In this document: one piece after another, positions 38,005-49,200 of the stretch | Numbering within the stretch: position 1 is the first letter of the stretch | Layout of the letters: each line of letters begins with the position of its first letter | Source of the DNA: an uncultured Bacteroidota bacterium | Lineage (GTDB): Bacteria; Bacteroidota; Bacteroidia; NS11-12g; UBA9320 | NCBI GenBank assembly: GCA_937124965.1 | Contig: CAKZLB010000013.1 | Coordinates: forward strand, 580,694 to 644,693 | Direction of reading: 5' to 3' | Length of the DNA: 64,000 nucleotides | Translations under genes and position numbers: made by a program | Notes under the pieces: generated by a model | The model's input: only the letters and a program-made list of their open reading frames with translations | Told to the model about the DNA's origin: nothing | The model's database searches: none

Positions 38005-41000
38005 TTATCGAATCAAGGTAACCGTACCACTTACTGGCTCACCGTTCATTGCTGAACCATTTTCTGGTCTGTTTCTCAACTTGTAATTGATAACATAGAA
38101 GTATGTACCTGATGGACACTTGCTTCCTTTATTCATGATTGTACCATCCCAGCTAATTTCTGGATCATTTGTCTTAAAGACTAACTCACCCCATCTGTTG
38201 TAGATGTTAATCTCATATTCATCGTATCCTTCAATATCGATTATAAACGTTTGGTTTAGTCCATCTTCTGAATCTGGAGTAAATACGTTATAAGGAATAA
38301 ACTTGATAAAGAAATCATTTTGAATTGGCTTACAAACGGTGTCTTTACATTGTATATCATTTGTTACCTCAAGACATACTTCGAAAGAACCCACTGTTTC
38401 ACCCCAATTCAAACACAATGGATCGTCAACCTCATTTGTTTCAATATCGCGCAGTTCTGTTTCATAGAACCACTGATAGGTTGTATAATTCTGAGACGTG
38501 TTTGTAAAGCAGAACTCTGGTTTGTCTAAACTATCTATATCAAAATCTGCTGTTGGTTCAATGACCGTAACCGTACCACTATCGACTGATGGACATCTTG
38601 GTCCAAAGTCTCCAGGAGGTAAGTCATAGTCAGGAACTAAATGCACTTTGTACGTTCCAACACTCTTATAACCATGGTCTACTGAATTAACGGGGTCTCT
38701 TCTGACGGCGGTATCACCATCTCCAAAACTCCAACTGAACTCTTCATAAATTGTATCTGAATTACTGGTAAATGTTACAATTTGCTCTGGACAAACGATG
38801 GTATCGCTAATTTCAAGTTTTGATGGAGCTACTGGTTTAACAATAACTTTTATCTTTCTTGGAATCTTGCCATCTTTCGTACTTGTATCCGGGAAAATTC
38901 GGTAACATCGTTGTGCCGATCCTTCAATCGTATCTTCCATGTACATTAACAAGTAAAATGTACCAGTATCCTTGTATTCGTGAGTTAAGATTTCATTTAA
39001 GTCAGTTGAAGACGATGAAGACGTATCACCCCAGTAAACAATCCATTGAGGATTAAACATTGGATCTGCACTTGTGTTAGCTAATGAGACATCGTCACCA
39101 ATACATATAATTATAGAATCCTCTCCCCAGACGCTTCCTCCATCAAACTCAAATCCAGGCTGTGGCCCTTCAATATAAATTTGCTTCTCAATAGAATCTG
39201 AACAACCGAGTAGAGTACCTACAATAAGTTTAACTGTAAACCAACCACTAGAAGTATAATCGTGTGATGGATTTTTCAAAATACTTTTTCTTGATCCGTC
39301 ACCGAAATCCCACTCGTACGATACCACGCTATCACAAGGCTCATATACACCGTTTGGACAAGTATCTCTACCTCTACATGGATCAAATACAATAGACAAA
39401 TCGTAGAAGGAAATAATTCCATCACATGGATCACCACTTGTAGCTTGATTCGTTTCAAAGTCCGCTTTAGCTCCAGTTACGAAAGCTGTTACAAATGCTG
39501 TATCTCTACATCCGATACTATCCTTTGAAGCAATTGCTACAACGTATTCACCAGGGCTATCATATTGGTGGAAGAATGTTACTGAACGGTTGAAATCATC
39601 AACACCGTCACCATAATCCCAATCAACAGATTTTATCTCTTGTTTGCCGCTTGCATATCTTCCTGGATCTTCCCAGAATTTCCGTGGGTCGATTGGATAA
39701 TCGTTAGGGAATGCATCATCACCATATTGCCAGTACCGTATGCTGTCGTACAACTGGTGGATATCGTCCTTACAAACTGCTTCGTTTAGAAGTTCGAATT
39801 GATTCAAATACCCAACATTCAGCAATTTCGCACCACTCTTCTCACAACCAACTCTGTTGTTTAAGAATATACCTGGCACCATAGGCCCATTCGAGTTTAC
39901 TAAGAATGTATCTCTTTTCGTTGGGTCACAGAAGTTCAATCGAACTTCTCGGTGTTGATATGTAAACTTATATACATCTGGAATAACTGAACCTTTCTTA
40001 TAAACAGTATCCGTAGCAGTTAAATCGTAAGGAGCAATTAAGGTATCATATCCTTGAATTGACGAATCTCTGAAGTGGAACACTTCCTCAATAATTACTG
40101 ATTCGGTTTTTGCTTCGTTCGTATACTTGTATTTGTACTGATCCTTGAAATAAACATTCTCATCAATACCTTTTTTACCAATAATAAAGAACTCACTAAT
40201 ACCAGTCGTATCAATACAACCTACAGTTCCATCACCTAACATCAATGCGAACTCATCAGAAGGAATGTCTCTTATATCCAGATTAAGTTGCTTTAAAACA
40301 TTGATTAATATTCTATCAGCGTTGTATGTATTTACTTCATAGTCCCACTCTCGATAGATTCTTGTAACAATAGTGTCTATTATATCATCATTAACAGAAC
40401 TTCCTATTTCTTCCAATTTATGACGAACAACATAGTTGTACAACCACTTATCTCCTTTTTTCCAATCTGTACCTTCGTCATTTCTTCCTTTTACAGGACC
40501 TTTATATTCTTGGAAGTATTGGAACTGCTCATAATATCCCATCGTAAGGTCTGGGTAACCCCAGTTCCATCTCAAGGCAGCAATACTATCTTGAATTGGA
40601 TTTAACATTCTGAAATAAGCAGTTTCGCCAGCACAAAGTGCTAATGGCGTATTTTGTGGTAACAAGATGTCAAACTGAGCATCTAAATATTGGTATCGGA
40701 ACATGTCACTATACCAAGCAGTATCTGTACATTCCGGAGCGATTGGGTTTCCATCTTTATCAGCAGCTGGAGGTCCATTACCTATCACTAAACCAATGGT
40801 AAACGAACCATTTGGACGCTTACTTGGGTCACTACCTATTTCTCCTGAACTATACCCTTTTACAAATTGAGTTCCCCAAGTACCAATGATGTCATATGGC
40901 AATACGAATGGTATAGGTAATCCTGGAGGTGGAGGAGCTAAAATTCCACCACTTTTGTAGTTAATCCAATTATCTGGACCTGTAAGCGAATCGTAATTCA

Positions 41001-43686
41001 CTTCAAACCATTGTTGCGAACAACCAGGTTTTGTTTCATCCATATTGAAGGTCAAGTAATAATTTAACTTGTTACCATCTAATGGACAAGGAACCCCAGA
41101 CTCCCATCGCAATCCTCGTGCGTTTGGCGGAATAAGTGCCAACGACAAGTTAGAAGAACTTTCACACTCTAATGGATGGATCGTATCCTTGTGATATAAT
41201 GTTATGGAATTACAGTTTGCAGTATTTGAATAAAAGTTGTTTCTATGATATGCAGAATCGACAATAACTACTGAACGCTGAACCGTGGTAGCAACTCCAT
41301 TTATTACTGTATCAATTAAAATATTACTTGCAGCTGCAGCAACTTTTCGAGGTTGATTTATCACCATCATTGGAAGCGCCAGTATGGAATCTCCTTCTTC
41401 TACTTCAAATTGATAATCTTTTTCTATGGTGATTTTTCGTGGACCAGTAACCGTAGTCTCTGTTCCATTCTGTAAGTTCTTTAGGGTAATTGTTATACCA
41501 GCAGGAACGAAGTAATCTTGATCTTCCCAGATAATGGTATTAATAACACTTCCTTTATAAACAGGTTCTGCTCTCCAAATTTTGAGTCGATAATTATTTC
41601 GTTGTTCAAACTCCGGATACTTCTTCCATGATAGAATTTCTATTGTATCTGTCTTAGAAACACCGAACGAATCAACATATGGTATCTCAAACGTTTTTGC
41701 CGAATCGCGTGGTACAAATAAAACGACCTCTTGAGGGACACGAACTGTGTCGGCCGCATACACCTGTACTTGGTAGCATTGTCTCGCATTTTTACTAAAC
41801 AGCGTTCGAGGTGCAGGGTTAGTATAGAATTGACCGTTATTTCTATACTTATAAATATCATCCCAAGGCGTATACCAATGAACCGGCAAGCTGTCTAAGG
41901 TGAAATTACAATTTAGGTTTACATTCTTATTTGCTTTAGTGTCTGTGGTACAAGGAGGTGCAAAATTATCTCCCAATGTCCACAACCGATATACATGGTC
42001 TTTTCTTCTAATTACTTCTGAGTTCGGGATAGCTGTTTGATCACCTCCAACACCTTCAACATAGTTAAAAACATAACGACGTTTCATATAAAGTCCACCC
42101 ATCTGTTTACTATACCTAGTGGTGTCATTTGACGCATTAACGACAACAAAAGAGTCAAGCTTGTCGTCGAAATATACTTTATAACCATCGATGTTTAAAA
42201 CCTCGGTAATTGGATACTTAGCTACAAATGAATCTGAGTTTGTTTTAGTATTCTTGTATGTGTAGATACTATCAACCCCTGTCACAACGTGTCTTTCTAT
42301 CCTGAATGATTTTGGGTAGAAAAAGAAAAATGAATCTTCATCCCAGTAATTAGGGTCGTTGTGGTACCAGCTTGAGTTATTTACAAAATGGACACTATCT
42401 CTAATTTCACATTGGTACTTCTCAGATTCTAGAACCCTAACGAAAGGTACTTCAATAGTTGAAGATGGTCCAACCTTTGTGATTGTATCAAAAATCATGA
42501 TATCACAAGGACCTGACACTATTCTCAACGAAATCATCCAAGGACCACCACCATATGAATGGCAAGGTGTCCATGTTTTGTCGTCGGTATTTTGTGGACC
42601 AGATGGTGGATCTCCAAAATTCCAAAGGAACGCAGCACCAGGAATCGGTCCAGTTGATACACTAAAACAAGTTTCTGGATCGCTTGTACAAGCTGAATCT
42701 TTATCTGCAATAATCTTAGGAGCTAGCTTAATATTTGTCGCAGCACCTTTATATGTAAATGTTTCAGAACAACCGAAACGAGAAGTCACGGCTAAGGTGG
42801 CATTAAACGTACCGTGTGTCCGATACCATTTCTCGATAATACCATCAAGCGCCTTACCAGTCCAATAATCAACATTAGTATTTGAGTCACCGACGATAAC
42901 TTCACTGTCACCAAAATCAAAAACAAATTCAGAGATATCTTTCAACCCGATTGTTGTCTCATTATTTGACTTCCAGTCTATGTACGTTTGATTCGTAATC
43001 GTCGCCATTGTGGAATCACATTTTGTTGGCGAATTACTTTTTATGGTAACATTTAACCTTGGAAAAACTTGAAAGAAATCATCAAAATATGCCTCAGTTA
43101 CACAACCATTGGCATCTTCTAATTCCATTTTCATATTAAACCACCCACCTTTTGGGTCTATAATTTCATGACAAATTGTGTCTCCAAATGTTGGATTCAC
43201 CTTATCGTACTTCGCACCATCAGAAAATAAGATTGTTCTTCGAACAATTTTACTTCCTGGTGCAGGTGTACTACTATCAATTAAGCAGAATTGATTATCC
43301 TTAAAACACTGACGATTGGGGGTAATTAAAAAAGGCTTAGCTTTTGGACTAGGCTTAATAGTGATTTCAATTGTTTTCTCACAATTACCTGCCACCCCAG
43401 AAGCCTTTAAGGTCACTTCATAGGTGCCTGCTTTTGAAAAAGAAACCGCAGGATCTCGGTCTGTGGATGTTTGAACCACTGTTCCTGACGCCTTGTCTTT
43501 AAAAGACCAATCATAGGTCGAAAACCCCGGAGCATTGGCACTAAACTTAATACTAACATTCTCACACTCATTACCTGCAACGAAAGTAGGGTTACAACTC
43601 TGAGCTTGCGCCATGTTTATTTGACCCAATAACAACAGCATTGGGAAAAACAAATAGGCGAAAAACTTACTTCTGTTCTTTGTCAT
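38005..43686 (-). CDS. T9SS type-B cargo: giant (~1,890 aa) multi-PKD/Ig-like-domain adhesin-like protein with a gliding-motility-associated C-terminal domain
   Basis: Probable start MTKNRSKFFAYLFFPMLLLLGQINMAQAQ. The ORF track starts 87 nt earlier at 43773. Several PKD-like modules (WSFKDKASG..., WDFGDGS..., WSFGDGDTA...). C-terminus FTPDSEDGLNQTFIID...IYNRWGELVF...GTYFYVINY...GTVTLIR. Co-directional with, and 2 bp after, the preceding gene. Confidence 0.75.
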   Translation of the reverse strand: MTKNRSKFFAYLFFPMLLLLGQINMAQAQSCNPTFVAGNECENVSIKFSANAPGFSTYDWSFKDKASGTVVQTSTDRDPAVSFSKAGTYEVTLKASGVAGNCEKTIEITIKPSPKAKPFLITPNRQCFKDNQFCLIDSSTPAPGSKIVRRTILFSDGAKYDKVNPTFGDTICHEIIDPKGGWFNMKMELEDANGCVTEAYFDDFFQVFPRLNVTIKSNSPTKCDSTMATITNQTYIDWKSNNETTIGLKDISEFVFDFGDSEVIVGDSNTNVDYWTGKALDGIIEKWYRTHGTFNATLAVTSRFGCSETFTYKGAATNIKLAPKIIADKDSACTSDPETCFSVSTGPIPGAAFLWNFGDPPSGPQNTDDKTWTPCHSYGGGPWMISLRIVSGPCDIMIFDTITKVGPSSTIEVPFVRVLESEKYQCEIRDSVHFVNNSSWYHNDPNYWDEDSFFFFYPKSFRIERHVVTGVDSIYTYKNTKTNSDSFVAKYPITEVLNIDGYKVYFDDKLDSFVVVNASNDTTRYSKQMGGLYMKRRYVFNYVEGVGGDQTAIPNSEVIRRKDHVYRLWTLGDNFAPPCTTDTKANKNVNLNCNFTLDSLPVHWYTPWDDIYKYRNNGQFYTNPAPRTLFSKNARQCYQVQVYAADTVRVPQEVVLFVPRDSAKTFEIPYVDSFGVSKTDTIEILSWKKYPEFEQRNNYRLKIWRAEPVYKGSVINTIIWEDQDYFVPAGITITLKNLQNGTETTVTGPRKITIEKDYQFEVEEGDSILALPMMVINQPRKVAAAASNILIDTVINGVATTVQRSVVIVDSAYHRNNFYSNTANCNSITLYHKDTIHPLECESSSNLSLALIPPNARGLRWESGVPCPLDGNKLNYYLTFNMDETKPGCSQQWFEVNYDSLTGPDNWINYKSGGILAPPPPGLPIPFVLPYDIIGTWGTQFVKGYSSGEIGSDPSKRPNGSFTIGLVIGNGPPAADKDGNPIAPECTDTAWYSDMFRYQYLDAQFDILLPQNTPLALCAGETAYFRMLNPIQDSIAALRWNWGYPDLTMGYYEQFQYFQEYKGPVKGRNDEGTDWKKGDKWLYNYVVRHKLEEIGSSVNDDIIDTIVTRIYREWDYEVNTYNADRILINVLKQLNLDIRDIPSDEFALMLGDGTVGCIDTTGISEFFIIGKKGIDENVYFKDQYKYKYTNEAKTESVIIEEVFHFRDSSIQGYDTLIAPYDLTATDTVYKKGSVIPDVYKFTYQHREVRLNFCDPTKRDTFLVNSNGPMVPGIFLNNRVGCEKSGAKLLNVGYLNQFELLNEAVCKDDIHQLYDSIRYWQYGDDAFPNDYPIDPRKFWEDPGRYASGKQEIKSVDWDYGDGVDDFNRSVTFFHQYDSPGEYVVAIASKDSIGCRDTAFVTAFVTGAKADFETNQATSGDPCDGIISFYDLSIVFDPCRGRDTCPNGVYEPCDSVVSYEWDFGDGSRKSILKNPSHDYTSSGWFTVKLIVGTLLGCSDSIEKQIYIEGPQPGFEFDGGSVWGEDSIIICIGDDVSLANTSADPMFNPQWIVYWGDTSSSSSTDLNEILTHEYKDTGTFYLLMYMEDTIEGSAQRCYRIFPDTSTKDGKIPRKIKVIVKPVAPSKLEISDTIVCPEQIVTFTSNSDTIYEEFSWSFGDGDTAVRRDPVNSVDHGYKSVGTYKVHLVPDYDLPPGDFGPRCPSVDSGTVTVIEPTADFDIDSLDKPEFCFTNTSQNYTTYQWFYETELRDIETNEVDDPLCLNWGETVGSFEVCLEVTNDIQCKDTVCKPIQNDFFIKFIPYNVFTPDSEDGLNQTFIIDIEGYDEYEINIYNRWGELVFKTNDPEISWDGTIMNKGSKCPSGTYFYVINYKLRNRPENGSAMNGEPVSGTVTLIR

Positions 43687-43774
43687 ATTCTTTAAAATTC
43701 TAAATCGGGTTATTAAACTCAAGCCCGAAAAATTCAAGCTTGCTATATTATCTTTATTTATTGTCTTTATCAAA

Positions 43775-45094
43775 TTATTTTTCTTGATCAGTTACGCGAA
43801 TCTTATCTTGTTTCTTAATCATTTGTCCATTACACATATACACCAATCTATAAATGTAAATTCCTTTAGGAACTAATGGTCCGTCATTATTTATCTGCCC
43901 GTTCCAATTAACTTCCTGGCTTTTTGTATCAAAGACGATGTTACCGTCTAAGACGTTGTATATGGTCAATCGATATTCTTCTACTTGTGACAATGGAATG
44001 ATAAATTCATCATTCAATCCATCCTTATAATAAGGAGTGATCACATCGTAAATTGGAGTTTTAAGTTCGCAAGGCTCTTTTTTACTCAATTCAACCAATT
44101 GACTAACTGAATCTAAGCATCCATTTCGATCTTTCATTACATGAGCAATTCGGATTTGCTTTTCGTCAGTTCGGTACGTCAGCGTAGCTTTCCCTTCAGA
44201 AACCATAACATTATTTACAAACCATTGGTGTACAACACCAATTGAAGAAGATGTAGCGATTACATCTTCATTTATTTGTTTTGTAGTAAATCCAGCGTTT
44301 GCCTTAGCTATGGTTATAACCTTACGTGCTTTAAATTTCTCCCCAGTATGACCATTTCCGATCACTTCTAAAACTTGTTCACTTTCGTTATCAAACAATA
44401 GACGCGCGAAACTGATGTTACTAGAAACAACCTTTCCGTTTAGCAACCAAGTTGCATTTGCTATCTGTGTATTCGACTTTAAAACAAAGTCGATTGGCGT
44501 GTTAACACAACCCGTTGTTCTGTTCGACTCGATGGTTACCTGTATGTTTTGATTCTGTTCAGTTAACTGAGAAATTGTCTTTTCAGGTTGCCCTATGCTA
44601 TTATTATTTGAGTTATTATCATTAACAGTATTATGTGTGTTAATGTCAGACTTCCCTTCGGTAATGCCACTTTGTGTATCTGCATTATTAGTTTTAGTTG
44701 ATGTTGAAGAAGAGGTTAACTCATTACTCTTTTGTGTTTCAACCTTATGTATAGGTACAACTGACTTATCATTTCTAGTGCTCTCTTCAACAACCTCTGT
44801 GTTTGACGATATTACATTTTCAATTGCTGGAGTCACTGATTTAGAAACCTCCGTTTTCGGTGGTTTTGCAAGATAATAGATAGAAGAAACAACAACAGCT
44901 GCTCCTCCTAGTATTGCGACACCTTTAACGCCTGCCAATTTAGCCAAGACACTGGTTCCAGCAGCTCCTGCAGCAGCTCCAGTTGTCGACGCGGCAACAC
45001 CTTCCCAAACTCCAGGAGGAACATTACTAGAAACACCTTCAAACGATTGTTTGAAGAATGAATCCATTTGCTCTATGTTGTTTTTATTATCCAA
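43775..45094 (-). CDS. anti-sigma-factor-like single-pass membrane protein whose extracytoplasmic region ends in a T9SS type-B (CHU_C-like) domain
   Basis: Overlaps the ECF sigma stop by 8 nt. ~35-aa N-terminal cytoplasmic segment, then a Gly/Ala-rich TM (GAAAGAAGTSVLAKLAGVKGVAILGGAAVVV). S/T/N-rich linker. C-terminus ITPYYKDGLNDEFII...IYNVLDGNIVF...GIYIYRLVY. Confidence 0.55.
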   Translation of the reverse strand: MDNKNNIEQMDSFFKQSFEGVSSNVPPGVWEGVAASTTGAAAGAAGTSVLAKLAGVKGVAILGGAAVVVSSIYYLAKPPKTEVSKSVTPAIENVISSNTEVVEESTRNDKSVVPIHKVETQKSNELTSSSTSTKTNNADTQSGITEGKSDINTHNTVNDNNSNNNSIGQPEKTISQLTEQNQNIQVTIESNRTTGCVNTPIDFVLKSNTQIANATWLLNGKVVSSNISFARLLFDNESEQVLEVIGNGHTGEKFKARKVITIAKANAGFTTKQINEDVIATSSSIGVVHQWFVNNVMVSEGKATLTYRTDEKQIRIAHVMKDRNGCLDSVSQLVELSKKEPCELKTPIYDVITPYYKDGLNDEFIIPLSQVEEYRLTIYNVLDGNIVFDTKSQEVNWNGQINNDGPLVPKGIYIYRLVYMCNGQMIKKQDKIRVTDQEK

Positions 45095-45629
45095 GGGTTG
45101 CGTTTACTTTCTTCTGCAGAGCTAATCGTGCTTTAAATAATTGTGTTTTGCTAGTGCTTTCCGTCACACCCAACAATTCACCTATTTCTTTATGGCTATA
45201 GCCATCAATAACATATAAGTTAAAAACACTTCGATAGCCATCAGGCAATGTTCTAATGAGTTTCATCAAGTCCTCATATTTGAGCCTTTCAAAACTTTTT
45301 GGTTCAATAGCGATTTCAGGCATATCCTCACTTGAGTTTTCCTTCATCCTACCTTTCTTGCGTAACGACTCGATGGCAGTGTTCATTACTATTCTTCTGC
45401 ACCATCCTTCAAATGAACCGTTAAATTTAAACTGCTTTAAATTATTATAAATTCGGATAAACGCATCTTGCAACACATCTTGTGCATCAAAATCGCTTTG
45501 CGTGTATCTCAAACTTACAGTATACATTTTAGGTGATAACATCTTATATATTTCTTCAAAAGCCGAATGATCTCCTTGCAAACATTGCTCGACCAACTTC
45601 CATTCCGTATCTCGTTTGTCCGCTGCCAT
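45087..45629 (-). CDS. RNA polymerase ECF-type sigma-70 factor
   Basis: Region 2 (DVLQDAFIRIYNNLKQF) and region 4 (YVIDGYSHKEIGELLGVTESTSKTQLFKARLALQKK). 180 aa. Confidence 0.85.
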   Translation of the reverse strand: MAADKRDTEWKLVEQCLQGDHSAFEEIYKMLSPKMYTVSLRYTQSDFDAQDVLQDAFIRIYNNLKQFKFNGSFEGWCRRIVMNTAIESLRKKGRMKENSSEDMPEIAIEPKSFERLKYEDLMKLIRTLPDGYRSVFNLYVIDGYSHKEIGELLGVTESTSKTQLFKARLALQKKVNATLG

Positions 45630-45696
45630 TAAAAGACTTCATTCTTCTCGCTTTTGTTGTTAGATGCTATGCGAGTTTAATCGGTTGCCTGAATGG

Positions 45697-46200
45697 CTAA
45701 CTTTTTTCGATTTTTTTTAAACCGTACTTTTTGGTAAGGTAGTTTGAAAGGTTTTCAGCATAGAAACCAATGCTTTCAATTGGTTCAATCATTTCAACAC
45801 GATTGGCACCTTCTAGCAGTCTTTTAAAGCGAATTACAGCCATTTTTTCTTCCATATTGACGGTAAAACTGCCATAAAACATGTGGTGATTTATGTATAA
45901 CAATTCTTCCATAAAAGTAAGCCGATCTTGATCACTTTCAGGCACATAACAAACAGGAGCAACAACTTGAAATACTGCAGTAGGTTCATCTTCACGGAAA
46001 TACTCCCATTGATTGTGTTCCAGAGGTTGCCATATATCGATAAATATCTCAATTTCTTCTCGAACTAAAATCCACTGGCCTTCGCCTTCACACCTAGTTA
46101 TTTCAGGGTCTACTCCCAAGGTCTTGATGGCATCTTCAGCTACTTCGTAATAGGGTTTCAAATCCATAGAGCAAAAATAACATGGATGATGAAACTGCAA
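45697..46200 (-). CDS. hypothetical cytoplasmic protein, ~155-167 aa
   Basis: ORF only. Acidic, with no signal peptide. Likely start at the second Met (MDLKPYYEV). Divergent from the TPR/caspase gene. No family assigned with confidence. Confidence 0.4.
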   Translation of the reverse strand: MQFHHPCYFCSMDLKPYYEVAEDAIKTLGVDPEITRCEGEGQWILVREEIEIFIDIWQPLEHNQWEYFREDEPTAVFQVVAPVCYVPESDQDRLTFMEELLYINHHMFYGSFTVNMEEKMAVIRFKRLLEGANRVEMIEPIESIGFYAENLSNYLTKKYGLKKIEKS

Positions 46201-46273
46201 CTCGTTTTAAGAGAATCATTTACCATTATCCATCAATCACTATTTATTTTATAAATTTGACTATTACACTCCA

Positions 46274-49200
46274 TTGTTACACTTTATGAATCTTTTGAAA
46301 GTTTTTGCTCTTGCACTTTTCTTTATTGTGGCCTGTGATTCAAAGATTGCTGCACAAAATTCTCCAGAAGCAAAAAAGACCTATGAAAAAATATTAAAAC
46401 TCTTAGAAAAAGGTAAAAACGACAACATTCCAAGCCTGCTTGTACAAGCAATCAATCAAGAAAAGGAATTAGGAGAAGAAAAAGACAACCAATTTATTGC
46501 CTCAATTTATTACGCATATTCAGAGTTTTTCATAACCAACTCTGACTACTATGGTTATGCGAGCAAGACATACTTCTATGCTGCAATGTATTATTTGAAG
46601 GCTAACAATATTACTAGCGCTCAAACGTGTTTTACCCGATCATACAAATATGCTGACTCCATGAGCATATATAGTAGTGCCGTTCCATATAACAATGATT
46701 CAATGTCAATGGCATATGTGCGATATCCTGTCGACTCCATTTTGTACACACGGGGTGACACAACGTATTTTACCGTTCCATTGGGAACAAGAGATTCAAT
46801 TTCGTCGACACATTCGAGCATTTTTCAAACAATTTATGATAAATCAAAACCAGAAAGAAAATTATTAAACTATGGTGTAGCAACGTTTGTAGACGCTCGG
46901 TTTGGCGCGTCAACGTGGTATGTTACTCCAAGCAAGGAAGGTATGGAAAGTGGGTTTACGCCACAAAAAGGTGATTTGTTGTATACAAAAATGGCCTGTA
47001 CAAACAATTGGCACCGCGGACTAATTCGCGAATTGGTTCAACTAAACGTTAATCTTTCAGATGATTATAAAATACCATTGTTCAATTATCATGTTTCCCA
47101 ATTTATAACAGATGAGGATGATGAGGAACTTATCATTAGTTATATGACTAGGGTTATACATAAAACCGCAGAATCCCTTTATGACTCGATAAACGGCACA
47201 CACTTACACAAGCTTGATTCTGGCGCTTTTAAAAACCACAATATGTGGGAAGCGATGCTGCGAACTACAAACGACGACGTGAAAGCGTTTCTTCGATTTG
47301 TAATTGATTTCCCAGGGAAATATATGGGGCGATCTTACAGAATCGATGAAACCTACGCCACTTGGCTGATAAACTTCACCCCTCTCGCTAACAGCGAGGC
47401 TGACTCTTTGTTAAGTGAATACAACTCTCTAAACTCACAAGCAGAATTTAATGATTGGGTACGATTAAAAGGTCATTATTTAGAGCATGCTGAGTTTGAT
47501 TTCGCCAGTATTTCTGAAAATATTCAAGATTATATAACAGAAGAAAAATTTGTACTCGCTGACAGTATTATAAAACAATGGTACCCAACACTTAAAACAT
47601 TTACGACGAATGAACGATTGTTTGAGTTTATGTATTTAGATGCGTACAGCAATGTTGCTCAAAAGAAATATGATCCTGCCATACGTATTTACAAAGAGGT
47701 TTTAGCAATGGACACAAACGAAGTGAATGCCCATTTTCAATTAGGTCATGTTTATCTCGAACAAGATTATTTCAAAGCAGCTCTCGAAAGATATCAAAAA
47801 GTCATTGATGTTTACCCAAACATTCCGCAAGGATATGGCAGTTATGGTTGGACGTTGTTAAAACTTGGTAAAAATAAACCGGCACAAGAATACCTCAAGA
47901 AAGCTATTGATTTGGACAGTACGGATGTTTCATACACTATGAATTACGCTCACTCTCTGCTTTTACAAAACAAATCTCAAGAAGCCCGTAAACTATACTT
48001 GAAAGTACTCGAAAATTTGTCAACTGAGTACAATTATACGGAGGGTCTTATTGCCGATTTTGACTATTTTATTGACAATGGTCGTATGTCAGACTTAATG
48101 AAAGCTGAAAAATCATTTGTTGAATCTGAATGGGAAAAGCACTATAAATTTAAAGTAAAAGGTTCTGATTTTTTCTCAAAAGGCCAACGCTTAGAAGACA
48201 AAAAAGAATATTTAAAGGCAGCCGAATCGTTTGACCAAGCAATTGAGTTGGAAAAGCAAGGTCGATTTGTTCGATATGGACTACTACGAAACTACTATCG
48301 ATGGTCTGCATACAACTATTACAAATACAAAGATTACACATCTTCACTTGATCGCTATTATCAGGCGTGGTATGTCAACTTATCGCAGCTCAATGACGTC
48401 GACTTGGAAGTTTTAGATTTAGAGAACATTAGTAACTTACACGATTGGCTGGGCAATGATGCTATGGAGCACATGTATGGTAAAATGCAACGGGCAGCAC
48501 AACGGAAAGTTCAGAACAAAGTTCGTAGCAACAACCTGTATGTAGTTAGTATCGGAGCAAATGGTCAAGATCATAGGGGTTACCAATTTGCGGAAAAAGA
48601 TGCGAGTCAAATTGCCGATATCCTTGTAAACAAAGGACAACGTATTTTTGATAATTCATCAATTAGCGTTCTTAACTCTCCAACGAAAGATTCAGTTACC
48701 AATGTTATCGAAAACATTATTAGTGTTTCAAAACCTGGTGATTGCTTCGTTTTTTATTACACTGGTTTCACAAGCCAAGATCAAATAGTTTTAGGCGATG
48801 ACACCATTTCAAATGAACAAATCCTTGCATGGTTGTCATCTATCTCTGCAACAAAAAAACTTGTACTTATCGATGCTGCCAATGCATCTTTGGTAAGCAT
48901 GTATATACGCAACCAACAATCTACCTCGAACGACTTCAGTACTGAAAGCGTTAGTTTTTTGATTTCAGATGGTCGCGTAGAAATGCCCAACGCTAAAACT
49001 GGTTTATTTACTTCGTATTTGTTAGAGGGAATTTCCGGGAGTGCAGCTACTTCATGGAAAAACTCTTTTGTTGAATCTCGTGATTCAACTTCTCAAATTG
49101 CTTATGTTACTTCTAAGAGTTTGGAAGGCTTCATGTATGGCAATATGAGCACAGGTAATCTTGACTTCGATTTGAAAAGCTACAGTTCAGGTGTTGACTT

